64,000 nucleotides of DNA, taken from a virus. The DNA lies in the IMG/VR virus record IMGVR_UViG_3300031578_004185, positions 3,779 to 67,778 of that record. One strand, written 5' to 3'. The stretch's first letter is position 1. Each line of letters opens with the position of its first letter. Below the pieces are notes generated by a model. It made no database searches, had not been told where the DNA came from, and was given only the letters and a program-made list of their open reading frames with translations. Of this stretch, positions 7,170 to 16,201 are shown piece by piece. Position numbers and translations under genes: made by a program.

Positions 7170-7703
7170 ATGAAGAAGGATAGTATCGTAATGTTAGCTC
7201 TAGCTTGTTTAACAGTTGGTGTTGTATCAGGGCATTACTTAACACTAGCAGAGCCAGTAGAAATAGAGACACAGGTTCTAACCATTGCCCAAGTTGAGCG
7301 AGCGCCGGAGTATATTACTAAGGTTGAGTATGTACCCCAACCCTATGAAGTGATTAGAGAAGTTGAGGTAATAAAGGAAGTACCGGTAACACTGCGCAAG
7401 TTCGAGAATACAGAAGAGCTATTGAGGTTTGTTAAGTGGCTCAAACTGAATGTTCCGTTCCAACCGTTCGGTGACCACCGATGTGGTCTGGATGCTGATT
7501 TAGTCCAACAACTAGCTTGGGCGCAGGGGTATAATGTTAATGTGGATATTACGGAGAATGGTAAACATCTAATCCTTAATGCTGTGATGGCGGACGGCGA
7601 TGTTTACACCATGTACCCGCCGTACTACGGGATACACAAGGCGGGTTACATTAAGGGTTGGCACGAGTATAACGAGAACCTATGGCGGGAGATAGTAGGG
7701 TGA
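7170..7703 (+). CDS. Membrane-anchored protein, possible transglutaminase/Cys-protease-like C-terminus
   Basis: N-terminal hydrophobic anchor; HRCGLDADL...KHLILNAV with Cys-His-Asn spacing. Confidence 0.45.
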   Translation: MKKDSIVMLALACLTVGVVSGHYLTLAEPVEIETQVLTIAQVERAPEYITKVEYVPQPYEVIREVEVIKEVPVTLRKFENTEELLRFVKWLKLNVPFQPFGDHRCGLDADLVQQLAWAQGYNVNVDITENGKHLILNAVMADGDVYTMYPPYYGIHKAGYIKGWHEYNENLWREIVG

Positions 7704-7925
7704 GCGGAATAACGAATAAGCTTGACCACCCCTGCCGTGTTTGTGGTAGTAATTGTTGGTGGTTGCGGGATAATCGATGGGGTAGACCGGAGTGGCTTTG
7801 TTGTCGGTGCCCCCCTAAACCGCCTATGTAAACGGTTCTCAATCAGTAATGGAGCTTATATGAACACGCAAAAGAAGGAAGATATGAATAAATGGTACCC
7901 AGAGATAACTAAGGAGATTGGGTAA

Positions 7926-8315
7926 ATGCCGTTAGATTTTAAGCCGACCAAAGCATGGATTAGGGAACACAAAGTTAGACCCAAGGAGTGTATCCACCCT
8001 GACACTCCTTGCTACTGTGTGCTTGATCACTTTGACCATCGTGGTTGTGGGTTCTGTGTCGGTATAGCTCTCGCCCCAGAAGACGACTTGGACATGATTA
8101 GATTCTGTGATATAACTTATGATACCGAGTCAGGAGAGACAGTCAGTACTAGTAGACAGTGGCATCCGAACGAAGCCCAACTGGTCAGCACCTACCTTTC
8201 AGTGGCCGTAATAAATGCTTGGGGTCTCTTGTCCGAATACAGGAAACAACTAGGAAAAATGGGCAGGCAGAGAACAAGAAAGATGCACAAAGGAAATAAC
8301 GCAAAGGGAGACTAG
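7926..8315 (+). CDS. Cys/His-rich hypothetical protein
   Basis: CIHPDTPCYCVLDHFDHRGCGFC. Confidence 0.6.
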   Translation: MPLDFKPTKAWIREHKVRPKECIHPDTPCYCVLDHFDHRGCGFCVGIALAPEDDLDMIRFCDITYDTESGETVSTSRQWHPNEAQLVSTYLSVAVINAWGLLSEYRKQLGKMGRQRTRKMHKGNNAKGD

Positions 8316-8374
8316 AGGAGTGAATTCCAATAAATGTCAAGCAGAGTATTCAGAGACAGGAAGGAGAACAGATA

Positions 8375-8554
8375 ATGAGCGAGGAACTGAGAAGGAAACT
8401 GGAACTGAGAAGGAAACTGGAACTGAGAAGGAAACTGGAGACACTGTCCACCCAAGCCCTCTATAAGCGCAGGGCGTTGGAGTACCTGCTGTTGGTCGAG
8501 TATAGGACACGCGTCCTGCTGGGACACGCAAGCACACGGACCGGGTCTCGCTGA
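8375..8554 (+). CDS. Small protein with (ELRRKL)x3 repeat
   Basis: 18-bp unit gaactgagaaggaaactg x3 at 8384-8437 in frame; SD AAGGAG; TGATG coupling to the next gene. Confidence 0.55.
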   Translation: MSEELRRKLELRRKLELRRKLETLSTQALYKRRALEYLLLVEYRTRVLLGHASTRTGSR

Positions 8555-8775
8555 TGGCGACCGACTCGCACAGACGATCACTGGCGAAGGCACTGGTCTA
8601 CAAATTGGTGAGCATCGCCCTGCTGGCTGGCCTGTCGTGGCTCTTCACCCGTGGCCTCGTGCAGATGTCACTGATAACTGTTACTTATGAGGTTATTGCG
8701 GTAATAGGTTACTATATCCACGAAAGGCTATGGGAGCGGATACGCTGGGGGAAGAAGTACCGACATTCGCCCTGA
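8554..8775 (+). CDS. DUF2061-like small membrane protein
   Basis: DSHRRSLAKALVYK...YYIHERLWERIRWGK pattern. Confidence 0.75.
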   Translation: MATDSHRRSLAKALVYKLVSIALLAGLSWLFTRGLVQMSLITVTYEVIAVIGYYIHERLWERIRWGKKYRHSP

Positions 8776-8828
8776 TATGCGATGGGAATGCATTCAAGTT
8801 GTAGGTCATATAGCGAGAAGTACTAACG

Positions 8829-8860
8829 GAGCGGTCTAACCCCCCGCTCTTTTTTTTTTT
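8829..8860 (+). terminator. Rho-independent terminator
   Basis: GAGCGG/CCGCTC stem followed by 11 T. Confidence 0.85.
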
Positions 8861-8881
8861 GCCAACTTTCCGCAGGGGTAC

Positions 8882-8911
8882 TTGACAAACCCACTATCCG
8901 TATGCTATGCT
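8882..8911 (+). promoter_or_regulatory. sigma70-type promoter heading small-gene array
   Basis: TTGACA, 18 nt, TATGCT with TG extension. Confidence 0.8.
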
Positions 8912-8944
8912 TATTCTAATTAGATTTACTGGAGGTGTTCAGAG

Positions 8945-9214
8945 ATGGCAAGTTTCAGCCCGACCCGAATAAAAGTTGGTGATATAGTCAGTCTGGAAGA
9001 GAACAAGTTTGACCGACCGAGACGTAAGGTCGGTTTTCGTGTTATTGAGAGGAAACCGAGAATGTACCGCCTCGCCAAGATGCCGGGTGTGAAGTATCGC
9101 TACTCTTGGGATTACAAGAATGGTTGGTGGACGGCGAAGGAGTTGTCCTCCCACTACGCTAGCATCTACCGGGGTGGGAAGAAACTCGGAGACATCGTGA
9201 CGAAGTACTGGTAG
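8945..9214 (+). CDS. Small basic protein, SH3/KOW-like start
   Basis: IKVGDIVSLEE motif, SD GGAGG. Confidence 0.6.
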   Translation: MASFSPTRIKVGDIVSLEENKFDRPRRKVGFRVIERKPRMYRLAKMPGVKYRYSWDYKNGWWTAKELSSHYASIYRGGKKLGDIVTKYW

Positions 9215-9227
9215 GGAGGAAGTAACA

Positions 9228-9449
9228 ATGGCTAAGACCAAGAAGAAGTTACAGAGATTTCCGCTCCACGAGCGTAGACCATCTTGGGATCCCCGTAGCT
9301 ACGAGTTCTTTACCACCGACGACTACTGGAAGGCACAGCGTGGGGCTAATCTCAGGGTAGAGCAGGGAGCGAAACACATCTGGATTTACAAACGACCCGC
9401 TATATTTCATAGGGGGTCATCCTATCAAGTGTTTTATATGTGGAGGTAA
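9228..9449 (+). CDS. Small basic protein
   Basis: SD GGAGG, K/R-rich. Confidence 0.65.
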   Translation: MAKTKKKLQRFPLHERRPSWDPRSYEFFTTDDYWKAQRGANLRVEQGAKHIWIYKRPAIFHRGSSYQVFYMWR

Positions 9450-9452
9450 ATA

Positions 9453-9665
9453 ATGGCAAGAAACTGGAGGAAAGACGGCATCCGTGGCTTTGATAAGATT
9501 ATTCGTGAGAATGGTCGTATCTACAAGCTGTGGACGACTAAAGACTCACGGAGCAAGGCTCTGAAAAGGGCAGACAAGGGCGACAAGGTGTATAAGGTGC
9601 AGAATACTCCGTACTACGCAATATACTCACCTTATTCGGGTGCTGAAAGACCTATTCAGAGGTAG
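9453..9665 (+). CDS. Small basic protein (paralog family A)
   Basis: ENGRIYKLWTTKDSRSKALKRA...YYAIY. Confidence 0.65.
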   Translation: MARNWRKDGIRGFDKIIRENGRIYKLWTTKDSRSKALKRADKGDKVYKVQNTPYYAIYSPYSGAERPIQR

Positions 9666-9681
9666 ATGGAGGTAAATAACG

Positions 9682-9975
9682 ATGGCAAAGAATATACCGT
9701 GGAAGGTTATGGGGAGCGAGACAGGGCGGAAAGACTGGCTAAGTGCTTATATCAAAGACCAAGAGCGGGTAGCCCGGTGGTTTATGGGGCAACTGGTAAA
9801 AGCTGGTGTGCCACGTTCGGCACTCGGAACTACCGATTTCCATAGTTCTACTCCTCGTGTGTATATCACAATTCCTTACGGAAGACCGGGAGGTGGCAAG
9901 AGCAAAGGCTACCAGCGGTGGAATCCGACAACGGTCAAGCAGGCTGTGAAGTTCTACAGGTCGGGAGGTAAATAA
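9682..9975 (+). CDS. Small basic protein
   Basis: SD GGAGG. Confidence 0.65.
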   Translation: MAKNIPWKVMGSETGRKDWLSAYIKDQERVARWFMGQLVKAGVPRSALGTTDFHSSTPRVYITIPYGRPGGGKSKGYQRWNPTTVKQAVKFYRSGGK

Positions 9976-10130
9976 TGGCTAAAAGCGTTAAATGTATACG
10001 ATGTGGCAACGAGTGGACTCCGCTGGTCCGTCGAGGTAGACCCAAGCAGTGTCCGAGATGCCGGAACCGGAACTGGTGGAAGCCTTACGAGAGACCACCG
10101 AGGAAGAACTGGAACAGGGAGGGCAAGTAG
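9975..10130 (+). CDS. Zn-finger protein (51 aa)
   Basis: Manual: MAKSVKCIRCGNEWTPLVRRGRPKQCPRCRNRNWWKP. Confidence 0.7.
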   Translation: MAKSVKCIRCGNEWTPLVRRGRPKQCPRCRNRNWWKPYERPPRKNWNREGK

Positions 10131-10133
10131 GAG

Positions 10134-10337
10134 ATGAGAACTTTAGCTAGTTTGAAACGGAAGCGGAAGTTTGACGGTAGGTGGTATGAACTTGACTATA
10201 CCGCCGAGCGAGGACACTGGGATGACTTCAACAAGCGGTTAGCACAAGTCAAGAAGCACGGGTGGAATTATCGAGTGGTCGTCAAGACTTATCCCCAGTT
10301 CGGCACTTACAAGGCACTCTATGTGAGGGGGATATAG
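10134..10337 (+). CDS. Small basic protein (family A)
   Basis: KRKFDGRWYEL...YRVV...ALYVRG. Confidence 0.65.
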   Translation: MRTLASLKRKRKFDGRWYELDYTAERGHWDDFNKRLAQVKKHGWNYRVVVKTYPQFGTYKALYVRGI

Positions 10338-10339
10338 TC

Positions 10340-10558
10340 ATGGCAAAACGGAATGTGTTAACCAAAACCGAGGCAGTAGCTGCGCTCCGAAAAGGTAGGC
10401 TTAACTTGAGCCACGACTATCACCAGTTATCGTCGTCCGATGTGGATAAGGTGTTGTTCGTAGCCAGTCTCTATGGCTACAGGAAACCGAAGAACGCATC
10501 CGGTTCTAAAGGTCGGATGTTCTGGCAGTTCATGCAGAGAGTGGCGAGGAGGAAATAG
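10340..10558 (+). CDS. Small basic protein
   Basis: MAKRNVLTKTEAVAALRKG; start reassigned to ATG 10340. Confidence 0.65.
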   Translation: MAKRNVLTKTEAVAALRKGRLNLSHDYHQLSSSDVDKVLFVASLYGYRKPKNASGSKGRMFWQFMQRVARRK

Positions 10559-10561
10559 ACA

Positions 10562-10759
10562 ATGGCTTTACTTTCCAACCGAAAGCACATCGTATACAAC
10601 AAGCGGATAAACGGCAGGAGCTATTCCCTCTGGGCAACCACAGACCACAAGAAGGAAGCCGAGTCTATTGCCGAAGATGAACGCAAGAAGGGCAATCTGG
10701 CTCGTGTGTTCAAGTTCAAGGGTGTCTACTAAGTCTATGTGAGCTGGAGGAAAAAGTAA
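10562..10759 (+). CDS. Family A protein with in-frame TAA at 10730-32
   Basis: Manual: MALLSNRKHIVYNKRINGRSYSLWATTDHKKEAESIAEDERKKGNLARVFKFKGVY*VYVSWRKK*. Confidence 0.6.
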
Positions 10760-10995
10760 TGCCAAGTGATTTTGGTCCAAAGTATATCGGGGACATAATC
10801 GGGATGGGGCCGAGACGGAAACCGCATCGGATAGTCCGTAAGGCTGGCCCGAACACAATCATTATGCAGGAAATGGCGAGAGACAAGCTGGGTCGGTTGC
10901 GCTCTATCGGTGAAGATGGTCGGTTCTCTACAACCAAGAGCGCTGTCTATTCGGCTCCGCTCTACAAGATGGGCACGAGAAAGACAAAGGTGTAG
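10759..10995 (+). CDS. Small basic protein
   Basis: TAATG coupling, SD GGAGG. Confidence 0.6.
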   Translation: MPSDFGPKYIGDIIGMGPRRKPHRIVRKAGPNTIIMQEMARDKLGRLRSIGEDGRFSTTKSAVYSAPLYKMGTRKTKV

Positions 10996-11201
10996 TTGGT
11001 GCTATGAAGCTGAAAAAGCAACCGCCGAGGGCTAAAATATCACTTTTCGGCGAACGGAAGTTCCGTCGCTGTCGGCGGCGACATGCAGGGTATTGTGAAG
11101 GAGCTGTTGCCTGAAGTTGAGCACTTCAAGAGGTATGTACAGGAGAGATCTTTTGATATGGAGGCGTATTGGAAGAAGGCTCAGAGCAGATTGCAAAAGG
11201 A

Positions 11202-11407
11202 GACACCTACGCACCCACGAAATGGCAAATCGTAGGTGTTGCTTTCTTAAAAAGGAGAATTGACCCTTTGTCAATAGAAACATCTGAAATCCAGAGGCGA
11301 AAAGAGGCGAAAAGAGGCAAAAACGATGCCCATTTAGTAAGTCAAAATGCTCACCAAAGCTCGCTCAAGCTCGCTCAAGCTCGCTCGGACGTTGACACCT
11401 ACGCACC
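11202..11407. repeat. Repeat-rich segment
   Basis: 14-bp direct repeat gacacctacgcacc (11202, 11394); palindrome ATTGAC-N5-GTCAAT (11259-75); agaggcgaaa x3 (11293-322); aagctcgctc x3 (11357-386). Confidence 0.8.
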
Positions 11408-11475
11408 TACTAGTAGGTTAAAAAATAAAAAATACTGGAAAGTGAGTAAAAGGAATAAGGTAATAGAAGGGGGCG

Positions 11476-11793
11476 ATGGGTGTCATGACCAAGTTTGTTA
11501 AGATACAACATCCACGGGCTAAACATCGACGGCTGGCAGTATTCCAATATAGGGAAACTGTTCCTCTAGCTGATCCTGCTCTATTGTTTCGAATCTACGA
11601 CGCTTGGAGGCAGACCAAGAGTCCGCTGGGATATGCACCTTATACTGATATCTATTCAGTTACACGAATACCATATTCCAAGATATTTGGTGTTCTCAAG
11701 TGGTGTCACAAGCAGAATCCACGTGGTATTCGCTTTAATATAGACCGCTTTGGCAACAACGTATATGTTAAGTTTATTGGTGGGACAAGGTAA
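11476..11793 (+). CDS. Hypothetical basic protein
   Basis: 105-aa ORF, TAATG coupling downstream. Confidence 0.6.
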   Translation: MGVMTKFVKIQHPRAKHRRLAVFQYRETVPLADPALLFRIYDAWRQTKSPLGYAPYTDIYSVTRIPYSKIFGVLKWCHKQNPRGIRFNIDRFGNNVYVKFIGGTR

Positions 11794-12149
11794 TGGCAAG
11801 TAGTCACTGGATGAGTCGTCCTCCCAAGACGGCGAGGATAGCCCGCAGGATATGGGATCTGATTACTGTGGCTGATGGTGAGGAGCCTTGTGAATTGTGG
11901 CACAACTGGAATGGGGTAGTATACGGACAGCAGCTAAGCGACGTTGACTATGGTGCGTGGAAGAGAGATGGCGGGGTTTATGGCTATGGCGAGGATGTTG
12001 ACGGTTATATTTTGATTATGGCTGGTACCAGGTTGGGTGGTATGCTGGAGGAGGAGTACCTTGCCAAATATAACCCAAAGGCATTAGACGTTATCAGGAA
12101 ACAAATAGCAGAGTTCAAAGAAAAATACGGAGGAAACCAAAATAGTTAG
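11793..12149 (+). CDS. Hypothetical protein
   Basis: 118-aa ORF. Confidence 0.65.
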   Translation: MASSHWMSRPPKTARIARRIWDLITVADGEEPCELWHNWNGVVYGQQLSDVDYGAWKRDGGVYGYGEDVDGYILIMAGTRLGGMLEEEYLAKYNPKALDVIRKQIAEFKEKYGGNQNS

Positions 12150-12369
12150 GATTCCGAAGACTCGCAAGTTTGGTAACAAGAGGTACGTCCTAAAGTGGGA
12201 TAGCTCAACCTTTGCCACTTACCATGACCCCGACTCCAAAGCCGGGATTGCTGAGAAAAGGAAGATGGCAAAGGTGTGGGCTATGGACTACAATGACATC
12301 AATTGGATGTCTAAGATCACGACTTACAATAAGGGCAGGGATTTCAAGGTATGGGCGGTGCCGAGATGA
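12142..12369 (+). CDS. Family A protein with apparent ATA start
   Basis: IVRIPKTRKFGNKRYVLKW...DFKVWAVPR; GGAGG 8 nt upstream of ATA; no ATG/GTG/TTG back to in-frame stop 12106. Confidence 0.5.
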   Translation: MVRIPKTRKFGNKRYVLKWDSSTFATYHDPDSKAGIAEKRKMAKVWAMDYNDINWMSKITTYNKGRDFKVWAVPR

Positions 12370-12563
12370 CCGACCGAATCCCCGGAACCTACTACAAGTC
12401 CAAGAACTTCCTTCGTTGCCAGAAGTGTGGGAAGCGAACTATGTGGAGGCGGTATACTAAGGGTCTTCGAACTGATAAGCATGGTGTTCAGGGTATGGCT
12501 ATCATAGCGATGCCATACTGCAAGAAGCATGACCTTGAGGACAAACGGAGGTACAAGAAGTGA
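12366..12563 (+). CDS. Zn-finger protein
   Basis: MTDRIPG...LRCQKCGKR...YCKKHD. Confidence 0.65.
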   Translation: MTDRIPGTYYKSKNFLRCQKCGKRTMWRRYTKGLRTDKHGVQGMAIIAMPYCKKHDLEDKRRYKK

Positions 12564-12748
12564 GAGGAATAAGCACCAAGCGCAAGTTCAACGGAGAAGT
12601 ATTCACACTCCGGGACCCTGGAGGGTATGCTATCCGCAAGCGGGATGCCCAGCAGATAGCCGACTTCGTTCGCAGTCTAGGCGAGAAGAAAGTCCGTATT
12701 GTTCCGGCTAGTCCTCACGGGTATTTTATCTACGAGAGGAAGAAGTAG
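12560..12748 (+). CDS. Small basic protein (family A)
   Basis: KRKFNGEVFTL...KRDAQQIADFVRSLGEKKVRIVP...YFIYER. Confidence 0.7.
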   Translation: MRGISTKRKFNGEVFTLRDPGGYAIRKRDAQQIADFVRSLGEKKVRIVPASPHGYFIYERKK

Positions 12749-12749
12749 G

Positions 12750-12932
12750 ATGAGTGCTAAAGTCCACTTGCTCCGAGCCGGTCGCACAACTGCCTGCGGG
12801 TTGCGGGTTGGGAGAGGCATTAACTACGTGGAGCGTCTTTTCCCATGGGAAGGCTATGGCGATGTGGATTGCGAGACCTGTAAGAATTTCATTCGCAAGT
12901 TGAACAAGGAGGCAAAGGGCTACAGGAGGTAG
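12750..12932 (+). CDS. Small Cys/His metal-binding protein
   Basis: VHLL...TACG...VDCETC. Confidence 0.6.
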   Translation: MSAKVHLLRAGRTTACGLRVGRGINYVERLFPWEGYGDVDCETCKNFIRKLNKEAKGYRR

Positions 12933-12936
12933 ACTT

Positions 12937-13113
12937 ATGAAATACGTCTGGCACAGATACTACACCTACGGGCGGAAAGCCGATGCTGAGAAAGCGAAGG
13001 CTAAGCTCAAGAAGAAGTACACCAACGTCCGTATCGTTCGGGAGAAGCAATCACCGGCACATCCGAGGGGTGCGTATCGAGTCGAATGGTACGGCTGGGA
13101 AGGTGCGTTGTAG
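12937..13113 (+). CDS. Small basic protein (family A)
   Basis: Manual: MKYVWHRYYTYGRKADAEKAKAKLKKKYTNVRIVREKQSPAHPRGAYRVEWYG; SD GGAGG. Confidence 0.7.
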   Translation: MKYVWHRYYTYGRKADAEKAKAKLKKKYTNVRIVREKQSPAHPRGAYRVEWYGWEGAL

Positions 13114-13388
13114 TGGGAGAATACCAATGGCTACCCCTTAGCGAGATAGCCAAGTACGAGCCAGAGATGAAACGGTTCGGGGTATCCAAGGTCGCTCGCT
13201 CACCGAGAGGGTTTTTGACCGCATACCGGCGATGGTCTAGATTGTCTCTTGGTGTTCGGGATAAGTGGGTAGTAAAGAGGTCGGCGTTCATAGCCCGCCA
13301 CATGGCGCAGTACAAGGTGAACCCAACATATCGTCGGTGGCTATCGCTGGTAGCGTGGGCTTATAGACCAGACAGGAGGTTTGGCTAG
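13086..13388 (+). CDS. Basic hypothetical protein
   Basis: GVSKVARSPRGFLTAY...WVVKRSAFIARH; true start may be GTG 13113. Confidence 0.6.
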   Translation: MVRLGRCVVVGEYQWLPLSEIAKYEPEMKRFGVSKVARSPRGFLTAYRRWSRLSLGVRDKWVVKRSAFIARHMAQYKVNPTYRRWLSLVAWAYRPDRRFG

Positions 13389-14673
13389 AATGGCTATAAC
13401 AGATAAAGACTGGAATCCCGAGCACAGTTATGGGATAACAAGAAAGAGGGCTATCGAGTTGAGAGAAGATGTGGAATATCCTCGGATAAGTGCCGCTGTT
13501 TTCCACTTTGATAAACTTACCCCTGAAGAGCAAGTCATTGTCATAGGACACAAGGAGAAAGAACTAAAGGACGCTCTAGAGGAACGTAAACAGATATATA
13601 GGTCTGCTAAAGAATCGGCTGTCATAAGTCGTAAACTGAATCTGCGTCCTGGAGAGATGAGTCCCTATCCTCGCCAGAAGAAGCAGGTCAAAGAACGCAT
13701 AGAGATGTTGCAGAAGTCTGTAGATAGACTTAAGAGTAGTGTGAAGGTATCTAAACCAGCGAACAATACGACATCGGGACTTGCTGTCAAGAAAGTCAAG
13801 GGCGGCTACGAGGTAATCCATACCAAATCTGGTAATCGATTAATGCCGTTCTCTTATCCAGAGCGAGAACTGGCTACCGATTTCGCTCGGCGTGCTGGTC
13901 GAGTCGGCGTGGACTGGACACGACCTTTCCCCGAATTACAGAAGGAATCCGAGAAGATAGCAGACCTTATCCGTGGCGGTAGAAAGCCGGGGATGTTCGA
14001 GAAGGTGCTGGATATGCCGACTACCTTTCCAAAGACCCCAAGTCGTAAGCCCTTAAAGGATATGACTAAAGCCGAGCTGAAGAACCTGCGGGTCATTCTC
14101 CACGTTCTTCCCGATGGTACTCTTGAAATCAAAGAGAAAGGTACTGACAGCCTTGAGCGACAAGTGGCATCGTGGAATCCTCCGAACCGACCGGATATGA
14201 CCGAAAGGAGTTGGGTTGGTGGTTATATCAGCGGTGAACGAGTCGCAGATGATGCTAAGAGTTGGCTGGATAAGGTAGCCAAGCGATATGACCTTGATAC
14301 GGACGAGATTGTGTCAGATTCCTGGCGTGGTGGTGGGATGAGACATAAAGCATCTCCGTATAGCCTGCTCACCAATATTGTTACGGGTAAGGTGAAGACC
14401 GTGAGTGGTAGCGATACGGTGATAGACAAGGCTACCGACCTCCAAGCTATCCACGATGCCCGTTCCCAACGCTCTCGTGAATCCGATGAACGGCAATCCA
14501 ATGCCGATACCATAGAGCCGGACGACCCGAGGGTAGAGCGATGGTTACGAGACCCGGGTAGAGTGGATGTTGTCGGGATAGACACCCCCAGAAAGGGCAA
14601 GAGCCAGAAGCCCGTTCGTAAGTCCAAACGAACGGGTAAGATAGAGACACAGGTTCGTGGAGTAAGGAGATAG
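13381..14673 (+). CDS. 430-aa multi-segment protein with C-terminal RGVRR tag
   Basis: SD GGAGG; ends KPVRKSKRTGKIETQVRGVRR. Confidence 0.8.
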   Translation: MARMAITDKDWNPEHSYGITRKRAIELREDVEYPRISAAVFHFDKLTPEEQVIVIGHKEKELKDALEERKQIYRSAKESAVISRKLNLRPGEMSPYPRQKKQVKERIEMLQKSVDRLKSSVKVSKPANNTTSGLAVKKVKGGYEVIHTKSGNRLMPFSYPERELATDFARRAGRVGVDWTRPFPELQKESEKIADLIRGGRKPGMFEKVLDMPTTFPKTPSRKPLKDMTKAELKNLRVILHVLPDGTLEIKEKGTDSLERQVASWNPPNRPDMTERSWVGGYISGERVADDAKSWLDKVAKRYDLDTDEIVSDSWRGGGMRHKASPYSLLTNIVTGKVKTVSGSDTVIDKATDLQAIHDARSQRSRESDERQSNADTIEPDDPRVERWLRDPGRVDVVGIDTPRKGKSQKPVRKSKRTGKIETQVRGVRR

Positions 14674-14675
14674 GA

Positions 14676-14867
14676 GTGGGTATCCGTCGTCCATCAATCA
14701 CGAAGAAAATCGGTAAGCACCGATACGCTATCTACGCCGACCGACCTATGAACAAGGACGAAGCGGAGAGGCTTGCCGAACGATTACGGGGTAAGTATAG
14801 CAGTGTTCGGGTAGTGAGATTACAGGCCGGATGGGTCGTTTATCATTACCCGCAGTATTTGGATTAG
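14676..14867 (+). CDS. Small basic protein (family A)
   Basis: KIGKHRYAI...KDEAERLAERLRGKYSSVRVV...WVVY. Confidence 0.65.
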   Translation: MGIRRPSITKKIGKHRYAIYADRPMNKDEAERLAERLRGKYSSVRVVRLQAGWVVYHYPQYLD

Positions 14868-14884
14868 TTAGGAGGAGAAAGAAA

Positions 14885-15151
14885 ATGTCTAGCAGAAGAA
14901 CTGAACTCAGGGCAGTCAAGGACTGGAGACCTATTGAAAATTCTAGCCCCAAGCCTGTGAAGAAGGTTGCACCTGATGTGCGGATATCAAAGAATCATCG
15001 CTTGTGGAAGTACCCGTACAGCACTGAGGTACGCGAAGGGCGGGGATGGTATATAGCTTCCCAGCACCGCACAATGTCTGGTGCGTTGGCGGACGCGAAG
15101 CTGATTACCCGTAAGTATAAGCCAGTGGCTAAAGTACTCCTTGACAGGTAG
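14885..15151 (+). CDS. Small basic protein
   Basis: SD GGAGG before ATG 14885; HRTMSGALADAK. Confidence 0.6.
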   Translation: MSSRRTELRAVKDWRPIENSSPKPVKKVAPDVRISKNHRLWKYPYSTEVREGRGWYIASQHRTMSGALADAKLITRKYKPVAKVLLDR

Positions 15152-15276
15152 ACACGGGAGGGGGAACTCTAGTGTCTCAGTAGCACAACCACCTTCCTCA
15201 GTAGCCCCGACAGGTATCTGGCTAGACCGGGTTACCGATAGGGAGGCGGCCGTGATAAGGATGTTTTTCACTGCGT

Positions 15277-16170
15277 TTACTTTGGTTTCCTGTAAATATT
15301 ACCGACTTGTCCTGTCTCTTTGAACCACTCATATGTATGGCGTAGACCATCTTCCCATTTTACCTTAGCTTTCCACCCAACCTCTTCCAACATCTTATTG
15401 GCTGATATCTCTTCGTGGAAGGTCTGCCCGATACGCTGTGGAATGTTTACAATCTCCGATATTGACCCAGTGATTTCCTTGATATCCTGCGCTGTCTGGA
15501 TAGCTGATACCATTCTACTCGTAGTCATGTTCCATGTATTGTTAATCTTGCCCGATTGGTATAAGGCAACGATGGCATCTGCCAAATCCCTAATATACGT
15601 TAGCGTCCTAGTCTGCTTGCCGTCCCCATGCACCGTTATTGGTTCCTTTCGCAGTGCTTGCCCCAAGAAGATGTGAGGGGCCAGTGCCGACCTCATTCCC
15701 TCACCGTAGATAGTGGCGAACCGCATGAAGTTGTATTTCAGTCCGAATGAGTGATGCAGTCCTCGTATCACGTTCTCTCCCGCCAGCTTGGTGCAGGCAT
15801 ATATTTCGGCGGGATTAGGTAAAGATTCCTCGGTAGACGGATGGTGGTCTTGGTTACCGTATACGCAGCATGTGCTTGCGTAGTACAGTTTGGCTTTTGC
15901 TTCTAGGCAGGCGATGGCGACGTTCCAAGTGCCGCCAACGTTAATCCCCATAGTCTCTGCAGGATGAGCGTAAGCCCAGTTCAGGTCGGCAATTGCCGCC
16001 AGATGGAACACAATGTCCTTGCCCCGAATGGCTTCCCGTACCTGCTCAAGGTTGCAAATGTCCTGTCCATCTGTGATATCAAACGGTGTAACATTGTCTC
16101 CTAATTGTGATAATCTACCCGCTAGATGTTTCCCGATAAACCCCTCTCCCCCGGTAATGAGTACTTTCAT
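15277..16170 (-). CDS. NAD-dependent nucleotide-sugar epimerase/dehydratase
   Basis: MKVLITGGEGFIG, YACTK (YxxxK), GDGKQTR. Confidence 0.92.
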   Translation of the reverse strand: MKVLITGGEGFIGKHLAGRLSQLGDNVTPFDITDGQDICNLEQVREAIRGKDIVFHLAAIADLNWAYAHPAETMGINVGGTWNVAIACLEAKAKLYYASTCCVYGNQDHHPSTEESLPNPAEIYACTKLAGENVIRGLHHSFGLKYNFMRFATIYGEGMRSALAPHIFLGQALRKEPITVHGDGKQTRTLTYIRDLADAIVALYQSGKINNTWNMTTSRMVSAIQTAQDIKEITGSISEIVNIPQRIGQTFHEEISANKMLEEVGWKAKVKWEDGLRHTYEWFKETGQVGNIYRKPK

Positions 16171-16201
16171 TGTCTCCGTCCTCCTGCTTTTATTTTCCAA
16201 G

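Noticed and set aside
8384-8437. 18-bp tandem repeat as a regulatory or CRISPR element
   Set aside because: It is in frame within a 59-aa ORF (ELRRKL x3) and has no spacers
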